Of a stretch of 64,000 nucleotides of DNA, positions 18,362-28,208 are shown piece by piece. The translations under genes and the position numbers were made by a program. Within the stretch, counting starts at the first letter, position 1, and every line of letters starts with the position of its first letter. This stretch comes from Candidatus Sericytochromatia bacterium (GTDB lineage: Bacteria > Cyanobacteriota > Sericytochromatia > S15B-MN24 > UBA4093). The notes beneath the pieces are model-generated. The model was given only the letters and a program-made list of their open reading frames with translations, had not been told where the DNA came from and searched no databases. The stretch is taken from positions 1-64,000 of the forward strand of contig JAKFBU010000043.1 in the NCBI GenBank assembly GCA_036676985.1, in the 5' to 3' direction.

Positions 18362-20011
18362 TTACTTGCCGTCGATCTTGACGTTGGTGAACACCACCGG
18401 GTGGTCGGTGGTCTTGTTGATGAGGCCGTCCCGTTCCCGCCGGAAGCGGGTGAACTTGACGTCCTTGGAGCCGAAGATCCAGTCGATGCCGTCCCTGCGG
18501 CGCGGGTTCGCGGCCTTGAGGGGGGCGCCCTTGGTGAAGATCTTGCGCGCTTCGCCCACCGAGTTCATGTCCCCCATGACGAACACCGGCAGCCCGGACT
18601 TCTCCAGGAGCTGCTTCGCCAGGGCGGCCTCCTTGCGGGCGGCCGCGTCGCGGAAGCCTTCCTGGTGGTGGTACCGGCGCGTGTTGGCGGGGTTGTGCGC
18701 ATCGATGAAGTAGGCCTCCTGCCCCGTCTGCTTGTTTCTCAGGAGGACGTACGGCACCTTGGAGTCCATGCCCCCATACGAGGGCACCGTGAGGTGGTCG
18801 CCCTTGACGAGCTTCCAGGTATCCTTGCGCCAGGCGAGGGTCGTGTCGTGGTAGCCGGGCTTGCCGCTGGCCCCGGCGAACGTCCCGTACTCGTCGCCTG
18901 CCGTCTTCTTGAAGGCGACGAGCTGATCGTGGGACATCTCCTGCATCCCAACCACGCTCACATCGTTGGCCTTCAGGATCCGGGCCACATCGCGCATGCG
19001 CTCGGGCCCCGGGGCATAGCCCTTGCTTTTCCCGGCTCCGGAGCTCAGGACGTTGAACGAGCTCAGCACGAACTTGGTGGGGCCGTCGGCCGGGTCCTTG
19101 TCCTTGTCCTTTGCCCCGGGCTCGAGGGCCTGGGTCACGCCGGCGGCATACTCGTCGCGGGTGACGACGCCGTCGCGATCGGCGTCGAAGTCCTGGACGC
19201 CCTTCGCCTCTTTGCCCGCGAGCTGGCCATCGCCGTCCAGGTCGAGCTTCTTGAACGTCACGTTGATGCCTTCGCCCAGGTAGTCGGCCTTGACCGTCTG
19301 GCCGAGGAACGATCCCTCGACCCCGGCCTTGCGGTCGGCTTCCTGGCCGCTCTGGAACTCGAGCTTCGAGACCCGGCCATCCCGGTTGAGATCGTAGTGG
19401 TCGTACTTGCCGGCCTCGGCGGCATTGAGCTTGCCGTCGCCGTTCCGGTCGGCGCGGTCGAATCTCCGGTCGGTCCGCTCGTCGACCCTGGCTCGCCAGT
19501 CGGCTCCCACGCCCGCGCGGAACTCGGCGCGGGTGACGGTCCCGTCGCGGTCCGTGTCATAGTGCTTGACTTGCTTGGCTTCCGATTTCGACAGCACGCC
19601 GTCATGGTCGCCATCCGCCTGATCGAAGGCGTGGTCCCGAATCGCGGTCGCGGCCTCGTGGCGATCGGCCCGAAAGCCCGCCTCGAACTCTTCTTTAGAA
19701 AGGTTGCCGTCGGCGTTCTGGTCATGGCGCGCGAGCTGGGCGGACTCGGCGGCGCTCAGCTTGCCATCCCGGTCCGCATCCAGGCCCTGGAAGCTCAGCT
19801 TCGATTCGCGACGGGTCACCTTGCCGTCGCCGTTCTGGTCGCGGGCCGCAAACTTGGCGGCACCCTTTTCCAGCAGCTCCTTGTCGGCCAGCACGCCGTC
19901 CTTATTGGCATCGAGCGCCTTGAAGGCCGAGGCGAGCCTTTCTTGCTCGGAAGGCTTGCCCTTGGAAGGCCGCGCTTGGTGCTGGGGACCGTTGGGTTGG
20001 TTGATCTTCAT
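18362..20011 (-). CDS. Multi-EF-hand protein fused to an EEP phosphoesterase/nuclease domain
   Basis: Ten Dx[DN]xDG-type loops, then SFNVL, GMQEM, MGDMN, IDWIF and TDH. Confidence 0.85.
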   Translation of the reverse strand: MKINQPNGPQHQARPSKGKPSEQERLASAFKALDANKDGVLADKELLEKGAAKFAARDQNGDGKVTRRESKLSFQGLDADRDGKLSAAESAQLARHDQNADGNLSKEEFEAGFRADRHEAATAIRDHAFDQADGDHDGVLSKSEAKQVKHYDTDRDGTVTRAEFRAGVGADWRARVDERTDRRFDRADRNGDGKLNAAEAGKYDHYDLNRDGRVSKLEFQSGQEADRKAGVEGSFLGQTVKADYLGEGINVTFKKLDLDGDGQLAGKEAKGVQDFDADRDGVVTRDEYAAGVTQALEPGAKDKDKDPADGPTKFVLSSFNVLSSGAGKSKGYAPGPERMRDVARILKANDVSVVGMQEMSHDQLVAFKKTAGDEYGTFAGASGKPGYHDTTLAWRKDTWKLVKGDHLTVPSYGGMDSKVPYVLLRNKQTGQEAYFIDAHNPANTRRYHHQEGFRDAAARKEAALAKQLLEKSGLPVFVMGDMNSVGEARKIFTKGAPLKAANPRRRDGIDWIFGSKDVKFTRFRRERDGLINKTTDHPVVFTNVKIDGK

Positions 20012-20095
20012 GGCGACTCCCGGTGAGCTGGGCAACCTCGAGTCTTATGCCACCGAGAGTGGGATTCCTTGCGCGCCGAGGGCCGGAGCCGACCA

Positions 20096-20119
20096 AAATC
20101 CCCGGCCGAAGCCGGGGAT
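20096..20119 (-). terminator. Intrinsic terminator at the end of the heme-uptake operon
   Basis: ATCCCCGGC-TTCG-GCCGGGGAT followed by TTT on the minus strand. Confidence 0.65.
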
Positions 20120-20132
20120 GATGGGCTCGGGT

Positions 20133-21338
20133 TTACTTGATGGCGGTGCGATCGACCACCGAGACCGTGTTCTCCGAGAGATTGGAGACGAAGGCCTTGG
20201 CATCGGTGAAGGCCATCTTGTGGTGGCCGGCCCCGACGGTCACCACGGCGATCGCCTGCTGGGTCTCGGCGTCGAGCACCGTCACCGACCCGTCGCCGTC
20301 GCCGCCGATCCAGATCTCCTCGGCGGCCCCCTGTCCCGGCTTGCGAACGGCATAGAGGTGCACGGGCTTGGCGGGCGTCCCGGCGACCCCCTTGCCCACC
20401 TTGATCTGGCTGTGGACCTTGCGGTTCGCCACGTCCACGATCGCGACCTCTCCGGAGCCCGCGCACGTGACGTAGGCGAAGCGTCCGTCGGCCCTGAGGA
20501 CCATGTCCGTGGGGGTGGAGCCCACGGGCAGGGTCGCGAGCGTCTGCTTGGCGTTCAGGTCATGGAGCACGACGGTGTTCGAGTTCTTGTTGCCGTAGAG
20601 CAGCACGGCGCCTCCGTCCAGGGTCGAGATGCCGATGGGACCGGGGTTGTTCCCCTCCTGGAGGGTGACGAGCGAGTCGGCCGTCCCCGGCTTGACGAGG
20701 GAGACGGCGTTGTCCGGGCCGTTGGGCACGGCCAGGAACCCACCCTTGACGGCCAGGAAGCCCGCCGTGAAGGCGGTTGCCCCGGGGCGCCTCACCGTGA
20801 GGGACTCGGTGGCGGCCGCGGCCTCGAAGCCGTTCGGCCAAGCCACCTTGACCACGTTGGCGTCGGCTGCGGTCCCGACCGCCAGGTAGGCCGTGGTGTC
20901 ATCGACCCACGCGAGCTTGGAGCCAGGAGCCTTGCCCAGCGCCACGGTTCCCACGACGCTTTGGCTGCTGCCCTTGATGACCCGCAGGACATGAGCCTTG
21001 GAGTCCATGGTGACGGCGTACAGGCCGTCGTGCGTGGCCTGGGCCTGCGTGGGGCTGTTGGTGGTATTGCCGCCTTCGAACTCCAGGGTCTTGACCACCG
21101 CATCGCTGGCGGGGTCGATGAGGGAGATGGTGCCGGACTTGGGGTTGGAGTTGACGATGATCCCGCCGGCCAGGGCGATGCCGTGAGGGCCCTCACCCAC
21201 CGGGATGGTCTTCGAGTGGCTCAGTTGCTTGATGCCGTCCGGAGCGCTGATCTGAGCGGGGGACGTGGGGGTACAGGCGGTGACGAGCAGGGTGCCGGCG
21301 ATCGCCAGGGGCAAGACGCGCGGTGCGAGACGACTCAT
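20133..21338 (-). CDS. YncE/YVTN-type beta-propeller lipoprotein
   Basis: Lipobox LVTAC; blades IPVGEGPHGI, LPVGSTPTDM and VTVGAGHHKM. Confidence 0.85.
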   Translation of the reverse strand: MSRLAPRVLPLAIAGTLLVTACTPTSPAQISAPDGIKQLSHSKTIPVGEGPHGIALAGGIIVNSNPKSGTISLIDPASDAVVKTLEFEGGNTTNSPTQAQATHDGLYAVTMDSKAHVLRVIKGSSQSVVGTVALGKAPGSKLAWVDDTTAYLAVGTAADANVVKVAWPNGFEAAAATESLTVRRPGATAFTAGFLAVKGGFLAVPNGPDNAVSLVKPGTADSLVTLQEGNNPGPIGISTLDGGAVLLYGNKNSNTVVLHDLNAKQTLATLPVGSTPTDMVLRADGRFAYVTCAGSGEVAIVDVANRKVHSQIKVGKGVAGTPAKPVHLYAVRKPGQGAAEEIWIGGDGDGSVTVLDAETQQAIAVVTVGAGHHKMAFTDAKAFVSNLSENTVSVVDRTAIK

Positions 21339-21375
21339 GGAACGACGATCCTTTCGGTGTGAGGTCGCGGGGTGT

Positions 21376-22344
21376 TTACAAGAAGCGGTAGTAGGCGAGG
21401 ATGACGTTCTGATCCGTCATGGCGTTGACCCAGGGGCCTCCCGGGTCGCCCCCGTAAGCGAGCCGGAGGCCCTGCCCGTGCGTGAAGCGCCATTCCACGC
21501 TGGGGGAGAGCTTCAGCTTTCCGAGCTGGGCGGCTGTGGGCGAGACGTCGCTCGCGGACGCCTTGCCCCAGAAGGTGGAGGCTCCTAGCCCCAGCCGCCA
21601 ATCCGGGTGGACTTCCCAGTTCGCCTGGAGCTGGCCCAGCAGGGATTGACCGACGTAGAAGGCGGTTGCCGCCCCGGCGCCCGGTGTGGTGAGGGGTTGC
21701 TGAACGCCGACGCTGCCCGAGAGTTCGACGGGGCCCAGCGATTTCAGGGCCGATAGGCCGAGCTGTGCGCTCACGACGCCGCTGCCGGTGATGCTCGCGG
21801 CCTCACCCGACGTGTTGCCCGCCGGCAGGATCATGCCCCCCCAGACGGCGAGAGAGGGCCAGAGATCCGTGCTGCGAAATGCCACGTAGGACGCCTGGAG
21901 GCTGATGTCGCCAACTCCGCCGCCAGCCTGGGACCTGCTGCCGCTCTCTGCGTCGTCGATGGGGAGGACGGCGCCCTGGGCAGCCCACTGGGCGCCGTTG
22001 AGCGAGTTCATGGCGACCGGGACGAGCATGCCCAGGCTCCAGTCGTTTCCTGGGTAGTACGTCAGGCCGAGGTTGGCCTGGAGGGTGTTGAGGCTGCTGT
22101 CCTGGGGCTTGGGCGTCCAGACGCTGCGCTCGTTGAAGCTTCCGGTGACGTCGCGGAAGCTCACGATGGTCTGGTAGAGGAACTGGCCCTGGGCGGCAAA
22201 AAGGGTCGAGCTGCCGGAGACCGACGAGATCTCCGCCCCGCTGCCCGGCAGCGCGCAGCTGCAGTTGCATGCGAGCGCAGGGCTCGCCAGCGCGCCCAGC
22301 GTCAGGGCCGTGGCGGCCAGCAGCTTGAAGGGAAGGGGCATCAC
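21376..22344 (-). CDS. Putative outer-membrane beta-barrel with an N-terminal CxCxC motif
   Basis: Signal peptide ending ALA followed by CNCSC; GGVGDISL motif of MetA-pathway-type barrels; aromatic C-terminus YYRFL. Confidence 0.65.
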   Translation of the reverse strand: MMPLPFKLLAATALTLGALASPALACNCSCALPGSGAEISSVSGSSTLFAAQGQFLYQTIVSFRDVTGSFNERSVWTPKPQDSSLNTLQANLGLTYYPGNDWSLGMLVPVAMNSLNGAQWAAQGAVLPIDDAESGSRSQAGGGVGDISLQASYVAFRSTDLWPSLAVWGGMILPAGNTSGEAASITGSGVVSAQLGLSALKSLGPVELSGSVGVQQPLTTPGAGAATAFYVGQSLLGQLQANWEVHPDWRLGLGASTFWGKASASDVSPTAAQLGKLKLSPSVEWRFTHGQGLRLAYGGDPGGPWVNAMTDQNVILAYYRFL

Positions 22345-22420
22345 CTATTCTCCTTGTTGGGGTCGAGGGAAGGGAATGCGGCTCGCAGGGGCCTCCGAGG
22401 CCCCTGCGAGGTCGGCGCCG

Positions 22421-24196
22421 CTAGTGGTGAGCGTGGCCGGCCGAGCCGTCGGCCAGGTCGAGGGCGGCAATTCCCTCCTTGATTTGCGCTTCGAACCATG
22501 CGACGAACTTGGGATGCGGAGCGAACCCGCTGCCATGCTCGAACGTGAGGCCCTCGAGCAGCCGCTTCTCGGGACCCTGCGCCGTGGTCCGAGCGGGGAT
22601 CACGATCGCGCGTCCCCCGTTGAGGCCGGCGTCCTGCACGAACTGACGGACCTTCACGATCGACGGCTCGCGCTTGTCGGGCCAGTCCTCGCGCCAGGTG
22701 GCCGTCTTGATGGCGCGGAACCGGGAGCCGCCCTTGGCGCGCATGGTCGCGGCGATCGTCTCGAGGTTCTGCTGCCATTCGGCGTTGCGCTGGTCGTTCT
22801 CGGTGCCGTGGGCCACCAGGATCACCGTCTCCTTGCCGGCATCCTTGGACAGGGCGTTGGCGCGGTCCAGGAGCGCCTCGGCAAAGAAGGGGTGGGCGTC
22901 GAGCCCGCCCACCGTGCTCATCACGGCCGAGCTCAGGATCCGGGAGGTGGCCATGGCGCCGTGGCCCCCGTGGCCTCCGCCGTGACCCCCGTGACCGCCG
23001 TGTCCCCCGGCCCCATGGCCACCGGCGGTCACGTGATGGCCCATCGCCTGGTGATGGACGGCGGCCGCGACGTCGGCGCCGATCATGTGCTCGACGTCCC
23101 GCTTGAAGCTGTCGTTGAGACCGAAGACCCGGACGATGACGATGGCCTTGGCGCCACGGCTCTCCAGGCGCCGCACGGCGCGTTCGGTGACGACGGAATC
23201 CGCCATGGAGAGGGCCGGCTCGATCATGTAGCGCTGCGTCAGGGGGCGGACGGCCTCGATCATCGTGCGGTTCCAGTGGTAATCGGAGCCGTGGGCCATG
23301 AGGATCACGCCGATCTCGTCCTGGCGAATCGGCGCGCCGCGATGGCCCTCCTGGCCGAACCAGAGGGGCATGGCCGCGTGGGTGGCGATCTCGCCCTCGA
23401 TCACCTCGACGCCCTTGGGGGTTGCTTCCTTGACGCTGGCATCGAAGCTCATCATCCCGTCCAGCTTCTTGCCGAGGTGGAAGGGCACGATGACCGGGCG
23501 ATCGCTACCCTTGACGGCCGCCTCGAGGTCGGCCTTGAGCTTGTCCTGAGGACCGGCGACGACGACCTTGAGCGCGCCGAAGTCCATGCCCTCGGAAGCC
23601 AGCGTGGCGACGCGCTGCAGGTCGGCCTTCATGGTCTTCTGGCTGGTGCTGTCGGTCGCCCCCGTCCCGACCACGATCACCGTCCGCCCGGCCGGCTTGG
23701 AGACGGCCTGGAGGCGGTTGCCGAGCATGTCGACGGAGAAGTAGGACTCGCCGAACGGGCGGCCCCAGGTGATGGTGGCCCCCGCATGCGTGGTGCGGTC
23801 GCGGAGAATTGACTGGACGTGCTGATAGCCGGGATCGGCGTTCGAAAGGAAGAAGGGCAGCACGACCACGTGCTTGGCACCGGCCTTGACCAGGGCCTGG
23901 ATGCCTTCGCTCACGCTGTGCCGCGTCCGATCGTCCGTGGTGTAGACGATGGTCGCGTTCCGGCCCTGTGCGAACGCCTGGAAGCTGTCTTGCAGCTCGA
24001 CGTTGCCGAGGAACCCGCGATCGGGTGCCACCAGGAGGTAGGCGGTAGCCGCGCTCTCCTTGGCGGCTGCATGGCCGTGGTGGGCCTGGGATCCGCCGGG
24101 TAGGGCGATCGCGGGCTGAGCGGTCCAGACGCCGAGGGCCATCATGGTCGAAAGGGCTCCGGCGCCCAGTAACTGTCGAAGTGGGTTGCGTTTCAC
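22421..24196 (-). CDS. Exported tandem CbiX/SirB-like chelatase with His-rich linker
   Basis: GTG 24196 after AGGAG; signal peptide; VVVLPFFLS, ILMAHGS, AKAIVIVRVF, ILVAHGT; linker HGAGGHGGHGGHGGGHGGHG; ends HAHH. Confidence 0.8.
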   Translation of the reverse strand: MKRNPLRQLLGAGALSTMMALGVWTAQPAIALPGGSQAHHGHAAAKESAATAYLLVAPDRGFLGNVELQDSFQAFAQGRNATIVYTTDDRTRHSVSEGIQALVKAGAKHVVVLPFFLSNADPGYQHVQSILRDRTTHAGATITWGRPFGESYFSVDMLGNRLQAVSKPAGRTVIVVGTGATDSTSQKTMKADLQRVATLASEGMDFGALKVVVAGPQDKLKADLEAAVKGSDRPVIVPFHLGKKLDGMMSFDASVKEATPKGVEVIEGEIATHAAMPLWFGQEGHRGAPIRQDEIGVILMAHGSDYHWNRTMIEAVRPLTQRYMIEPALSMADSVVTERAVRRLESRGAKAIVIVRVFGLNDSFKRDVEHMIGADVAAAVHHQAMGHHVTAGGHGAGGHGGHGGHGGGHGGHGAMATSRILSSAVMSTVGGLDAHPFFAEALLDRANALSKDAGKETVILVAHGTENDQRNAEWQQNLETIAATMRAKGGSRFRAIKTATWREDWPDKREPSIVKVRQFVQDAGLNGGRAIVIPARTTAQGPEKRLLEGLTFEHGSGFAPHPKFVAWFEAQIKEGIAALDLADGSAGHAHH

Positions 24197-24263
24197 GGAA
24201 GAAGTCTCCTTGCGGTCGGACGCCCGGGACGGGAGTCGCTGGGTCGGTTTGGCAGGTGGGCCG

Positions 24264-25025
24264 TCATTCGTCCTGCAGGACGAAGGCGATGGGCACCTCG
24301 ATCCGAAGCTCGGGACCGAGCTCGGGGGGGAGCGGAACGAAGGGGGCAGCCGCCATGACCGTTTGCAGGGCCGCTGCGAGCAGGTGAGGATTCGGCGAGC
24401 TCTCGGAGGCATGGATCTCGCACGGCTGTCCGGACCGATCGACGCGGAAGGCCACGAGGACCGTTCCCGCGATGCCCCGGCGCCGGAGCAGGGGGGGGTA
24501 ATGCTTGTGCGCCTCGAGGCGCTCGCGCAGGGTCGCCAGATAACCGGAACGCACGGCTGCCATGTCGGCAACGGCGCCTTCCCGGCCGCTCTCCGTCGTG
24601 CCTGCCGCCGGGAGGTCCGCATCCTGCGCCGCGGCATCGCTCGGACCCGCGTCGGGAGTGAGGGCCGATCCGGGCACGGCAACGGCCAGCGTCGCGGTGG
24701 CGTTGGGAGTGACGGCCTCGCGCACGCTGGCCTTGGGGCTCGGCGCCGGGGCGCGCGACGTCACGGTGCGGGCCCGGTCAGTCTTGGCCGGCGCGAGCTT
24801 CCTGACCGAGGACCGGACCGCCTCGCGTGGGACTGCGGGCAGCACAGGCGCTGTCAGGTCCAGCATGACCGGGATGACTTCGGGTGGCTCCAAGGCCGGA
24901 AGAGCGTGTGGATCCCAGCCAAGTCCGACCGCCCCGAGGGCGAGGCCCGCATGGAGGAGGAGGGAGGTGGCGAGGGCTCCGGGGAACCGGGGCGCCGGCA
25001 GCATGGGGAGGGAAATCGAGCGCAT
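24264..25025 (-). CDS. tonB: Energy transducer TonB
   Basis: SLLLHAG anchor, Pro/Ala-rich linker, YPPLLRRRGIAGTVLVAFRVDRSG and SS...L..AA. Confidence 0.88.
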   Translation of the reverse strand: MRSISLPMLPAPRFPGALATSLLLHAGLALGAVGLGWDPHALPALEPPEVIPVMLDLTAPVLPAVPREAVRSSVRKLAPAKTDRARTVTSRAPAPSPKASVREAVTPNATATLAVAVPGSALTPDAGPSDAAAQDADLPAAGTTESGREGAVADMAAVRSGYLATLRERLEAHKHYPPLLRRRGIAGTVLVAFRVDRSGQPCEIHASESSPNPHLLAAALQTVMAAAPFVPLPPELGPELRIEVPIAFVLQDE

Positions 25026-25097
25026 GTCGAAGTCTCAAGGGGGCAAAGGGGGCCGGTGTCATCCCGTCCGGTCGGCGGACGGGATGACGTGGAGCGC

Positions 25098-26243
25098 CTA
25101 GAAGGTCGTCGAGGTCCCCGTGGCGACGCACCATTCCAGCTCGTAGGTGCTGGACTGGTAGCTGCGGATCTTGAGCTTCGCGAAGCGGCCGTCGGCCGTC
25201 CGCACGACGTAGATCAGGTTTTTCGGGGTGACGACGTGGGTGGCGGAGTTGTAGTCGTACCAGGCCTTCAAGGCCGGGTTGCCGGTGACTTGGACCGTGC
25301 CCGTCTGGCCCGCGTAGTCGAGCGTTTCGTCCACCGCGACGGTCCCGGCGGGGACCGACGCCAGCTCCAGGAGGCTCGTGGCCGTGCTGACGATCGCGCC
25401 GCCCTGCTGGCCACCGCTCGTGCCGCTGTTGGTACGGATCCGCGTCCCGCTCAGGGCCAGATCCCAGTCGCTGCTGGTCAAGGGATCGGTGGGCGTGACG
25501 ACCTGACCGGTGCGGAGGTTCAGGTAGGTCTGGCCGCTCGAGGGGGCGGACACGGACTTGGTGGTGAACGGCGCGGCGACCTCGGCCCAGCGGAGGGTCA
25601 CGACGCGAGGGGTCTTCGCCGCATCGTAGTAGTCGGTGATCCGGACCTTGTAGAACTTGCCGGCCGTCGTGCGAATGACGTAGACCACTTGCTTGGGCGT
25701 GACGACGTGGGTGGTCGCGTCGTAGGAGTACCAGCCCCCGTTGACGAGGAAGCCGGTGTCCGGGACGTTGCCCGTGTCGTCGGAGTCGGCAGCATCCGCG
25801 ACATAGCCCGCCGCCGGGGCGGTGGTGAGGGCGTCGAAGTCGACGCCCTCGAGGCGGGCAACCGAGACGTTGCCGCTGCCACTGACGCCGCCGTTGGCCT
25901 TGATCGTCGTGCCCTGGAAGGCGAGATCCCAGTCGGTCGAGGCCTCGGGCGAGGCGGGGCTCACCTCCGAGCCGGTGCCGAGGCTGAGGTAGGTCCATGA
26001 ACCGGTTTTGGCGGCATCGGCGTCGATGATCGAGGTGGACACGCCGTTGCTGACCGTGGTGGTGATGCGCGCCGCGGCGGTCTGCGTGCCGTTGCCGGTC
26101 TGGGATCCGGTGGTCGGGGTCTGGTTCGTTCCGGTCAAGCTGCCGGCGAGGTTGGGGGCGCACCCCGTCAGGTTGGCGGCGAGGGTGCCGGCGAGCGCGA
26201 ACTGGGTCAGGGGGTGATGGAGGGGGAGGCGAACGATGATCAT
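25098..26243 (-). CDS. hmuY: HmuY-family heme-binding lipoprotein with two HmuY domains
   Basis: Lipobox LTGC; duplicated WDLAF/WDLAL, N[GS]GxSG, WYxY...THVVTPK..YV[IV]RT..G.F.K motifs. Confidence 0.85.
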   Translation of the reverse strand: MIIVRLPLHHPLTQFALAGTLAANLTGCAPNLAGSLTGTNQTPTTGSQTGNGTQTAAARITTTVSNGVSTSIIDADAAKTGSWTYLSLGTGSEVSPASPEASTDWDLAFQGTTIKANGGVSGSGNVSVARLEGVDFDALTTAPAAGYVADAADSDDTGNVPDTGFLVNGGWYSYDATTHVVTPKQVVYVIRTTAGKFYKVRITDYYDAAKTPRVVTLRWAEVAAPFTTKSVSAPSSGQTYLNLRTGQVVTPTDPLTSSDWDLALSGTRIRTNSGTSGGQQGGAIVSTATSLLELASVPAGTVAVDETLDYAGQTGTVQVTGNPALKAWYDYNSATHVVTPKNLIYVVRTADGRFAKLKIRSYQSSTYELEWCVATGTSTTF

Positions 26244-26266
26244 GGCTGCTCCTTGCTGGGGACGGG

Positions 26267-28192
26267 CTAGAAACGGGACGTGAGGCCTGCGAGGACCGTG
26301 AGGGGCTGGATCGGGAGGTAGGTCGGGTCACCGACGTTCAACAGATTCGAGCCCTGCACGAAGGCCGTGAGTTGACGGGTGAGCGTCTTGGTGAGGCGAG
26401 CGTCGAGCGTGGTATAGGCGGGAGCCTGGGTGAGCGGCGCGCCGGCGGTGCTGTCGTCGTAGAAGGGGCGGGTGCCGTTGAGGGCTGCCCGGGCATAGGC
26501 GCCGAAGCCCCAGGCGTCGTGCTGGTAGCGTGCCGTGAGCGTGCCCTTGTGAAGCGGGCGTCCTTCGAGCGGGCGGTTCAGGCTCCGGTCGAGGGTGTCG
26601 TTGAGCGTGTAGCCGGGCTCGACGATGAGCCCTTCGAACGGCTGAAGTCTCAAGGAGGCCTCGAGGCCCCGGGTCATGGCCGAGCTGACGTTGACGTACT
26701 GGTACTGGGTGATGCTGCCGGCCTCGCTGGGGCGCGCCAGCTCGGTCTGGATGAGGTTCGCGATCTCGTTGTGGTAGAGGTTCATCCCGAGGGCCGACCA
26801 GGAGGTCAGTCGGACCTCCATGCCGAGGTTGAGGCTGCGGGCGGTCTCGGGACGCAGGACGGGGTTCCCGATGACCTCGTAGCCGGCGGACGGGTTCTGG
26901 AACTGCAGCATGAGCTCCTTGAAGTCCGGGGCCCGGAAGCCCGTTCCGTAACTGGCGCGCAGGGTCAAGGCCTTGGTGGGATCGAGGCGCAGGGCGATCT
27001 TGGGCGCGAGGTTGGAGCCGAAGCGGGAGTCGAAATCCATGCGCACGCCGGGCACCACCACGAGGGAGGGGATGCCGAGGGCCTGCCATTCGTCCTGGGC
27101 GTAGAGGGCGCCGCGGACGCGATCGCCATAGGCGGCGTTCAAGCGATCCGTGGAGAGGCGCTCGTAGGCGACCTCGGCCCCCGAGATCAGGAGGTGCTCG
27201 CTGCTGAGGGATCGCTCGTCCTGGAGGTTCAGCTGCGCGAGCTGGTCGATCGTCTCCTGGAACTGGTCAAGGGCGTTCGAGCCGCGTTGATCCTGCAGGA
27301 ACTGGTCGCGGTAGTAGTTGTAGTAGGCGGAGAGCTTGAGGCTGGCGAGATCCGGCAAGCGCAGCTCCGGCTCGAAGGCGGCAGAGAAGCTCTCGGTTTG
27401 GTTGCGACGATCGAAGACGGCCCCTGCGGCGTTGGAGTCGACGCCCCGCTGACCACGGTTGAGGTAGTCGAGGTGGGTCTTGAGGGCGAGGCCGTTTGTC
27501 AGGTGAAAGGTGTTGTTGTTGGAGAGCGTGACCTCGTCGTAGGCGCTGCCCGTGGTCGAGACTGTATCGGGCGTTAGGTCGTAGGCGTCCTGCCGGCGCC
27601 AGCCGGCGGTCAGTCGGGAGTTCAGGGCGTCGTTGCTCGTGTCGACGGTGCCCGAGAAGAGGCCGGCGTTGTGGCTGCCGTAGGCGCCCTGGGTCTCGAA
27701 GGAGAGGGGGGCCTGGGCGGAGCGGGTGAGGATGTTGACGACCCCGCCCATGGCCTCGGACCCGTAGAGGGCCGAGGATCCGCCCCGGACGATCTCGATG
27801 CGATCGATGGACTCGATGGGGAAGCGGCTGAGATCGACGGTCCCGCTCAAGCGGCCGGTTACCCGCCGGCCGTCCACGAGGACGAGGACGTGCTTGGAGT
27901 CGAGGCCCTGAAGGCGGATCCCCTCTCCCTGGAACGAGGAGACGACGTCGATGCCCGTGCGCGAGAGCAGGAGATCGGCGGCATTGCGGGCGCCCGACGC
28001 CTCGATCTCGGCGCGGGGGATGACCTCGGTGGCCACCGGTACGTCGGCCATGCGGCGCTCGCTGCGAGTGCCGGTCACCACCACGTCGTCGAGGCGGTGC
28101 ACGTCGGCGGCATGGGCGGGAGAGGCCGTCAGGAGGAGCAGTGCCGCGAGGGGCAGCCGAGCGAATGGACGAAACGACGGGCGGGAGGACAT
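26267..28192 (-). CDS. TonB-dependent receptor (plug plus barrel), probably heme/iron
   Basis: DDVVVTGTR TonB box, RIEIVRGGSSALYGSEAMGGVVNI, GFRAP and GNPVLRPE motifs, terminal F. Confidence 0.92.
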   Translation of the reverse strand: MSSRPSFRPFARLPLAALLLLTASPAHAADVHRLDDVVVTGTRSERRMADVPVATEVIPRAEIEASGARNAADLLLSRTGIDVVSSFQGEGIRLQGLDSKHVLVLVDGRRVTGRLSGTVDLSRFPIESIDRIEIVRGGSSALYGSEAMGGVVNILTRSAQAPLSFETQGAYGSHNAGLFSGTVDTSNDALNSRLTAGWRRQDAYDLTPDTVSTTGSAYDEVTLSNNNTFHLTNGLALKTHLDYLNRGQRGVDSNAAGAVFDRRNQTESFSAAFEPELRLPDLASLKLSAYYNYYRDQFLQDQRGSNALDQFQETIDQLAQLNLQDERSLSSEHLLISGAEVAYERLSTDRLNAAYGDRVRGALYAQDEWQALGIPSLVVVPGVRMDFDSRFGSNLAPKIALRLDPTKALTLRASYGTGFRAPDFKELMLQFQNPSAGYEVIGNPVLRPETARSLNLGMEVRLTSWSALGMNLYHNEIANLIQTELARPSEAGSITQYQYVNVSSAMTRGLEASLRLQPFEGLIVEPGYTLNDTLDRSLNRPLEGRPLHKGTLTARYQHDAWGFGAYARAALNGTRPFYDDSTAGAPLTQAPAYTTLDARLTKTLTRQLTAFVQGSNLLNVGDPTYLPIQPLTVLAGLTSRF

Positions 28193-28208
28193 GGGGGCTC
28201 CTGGTGTA

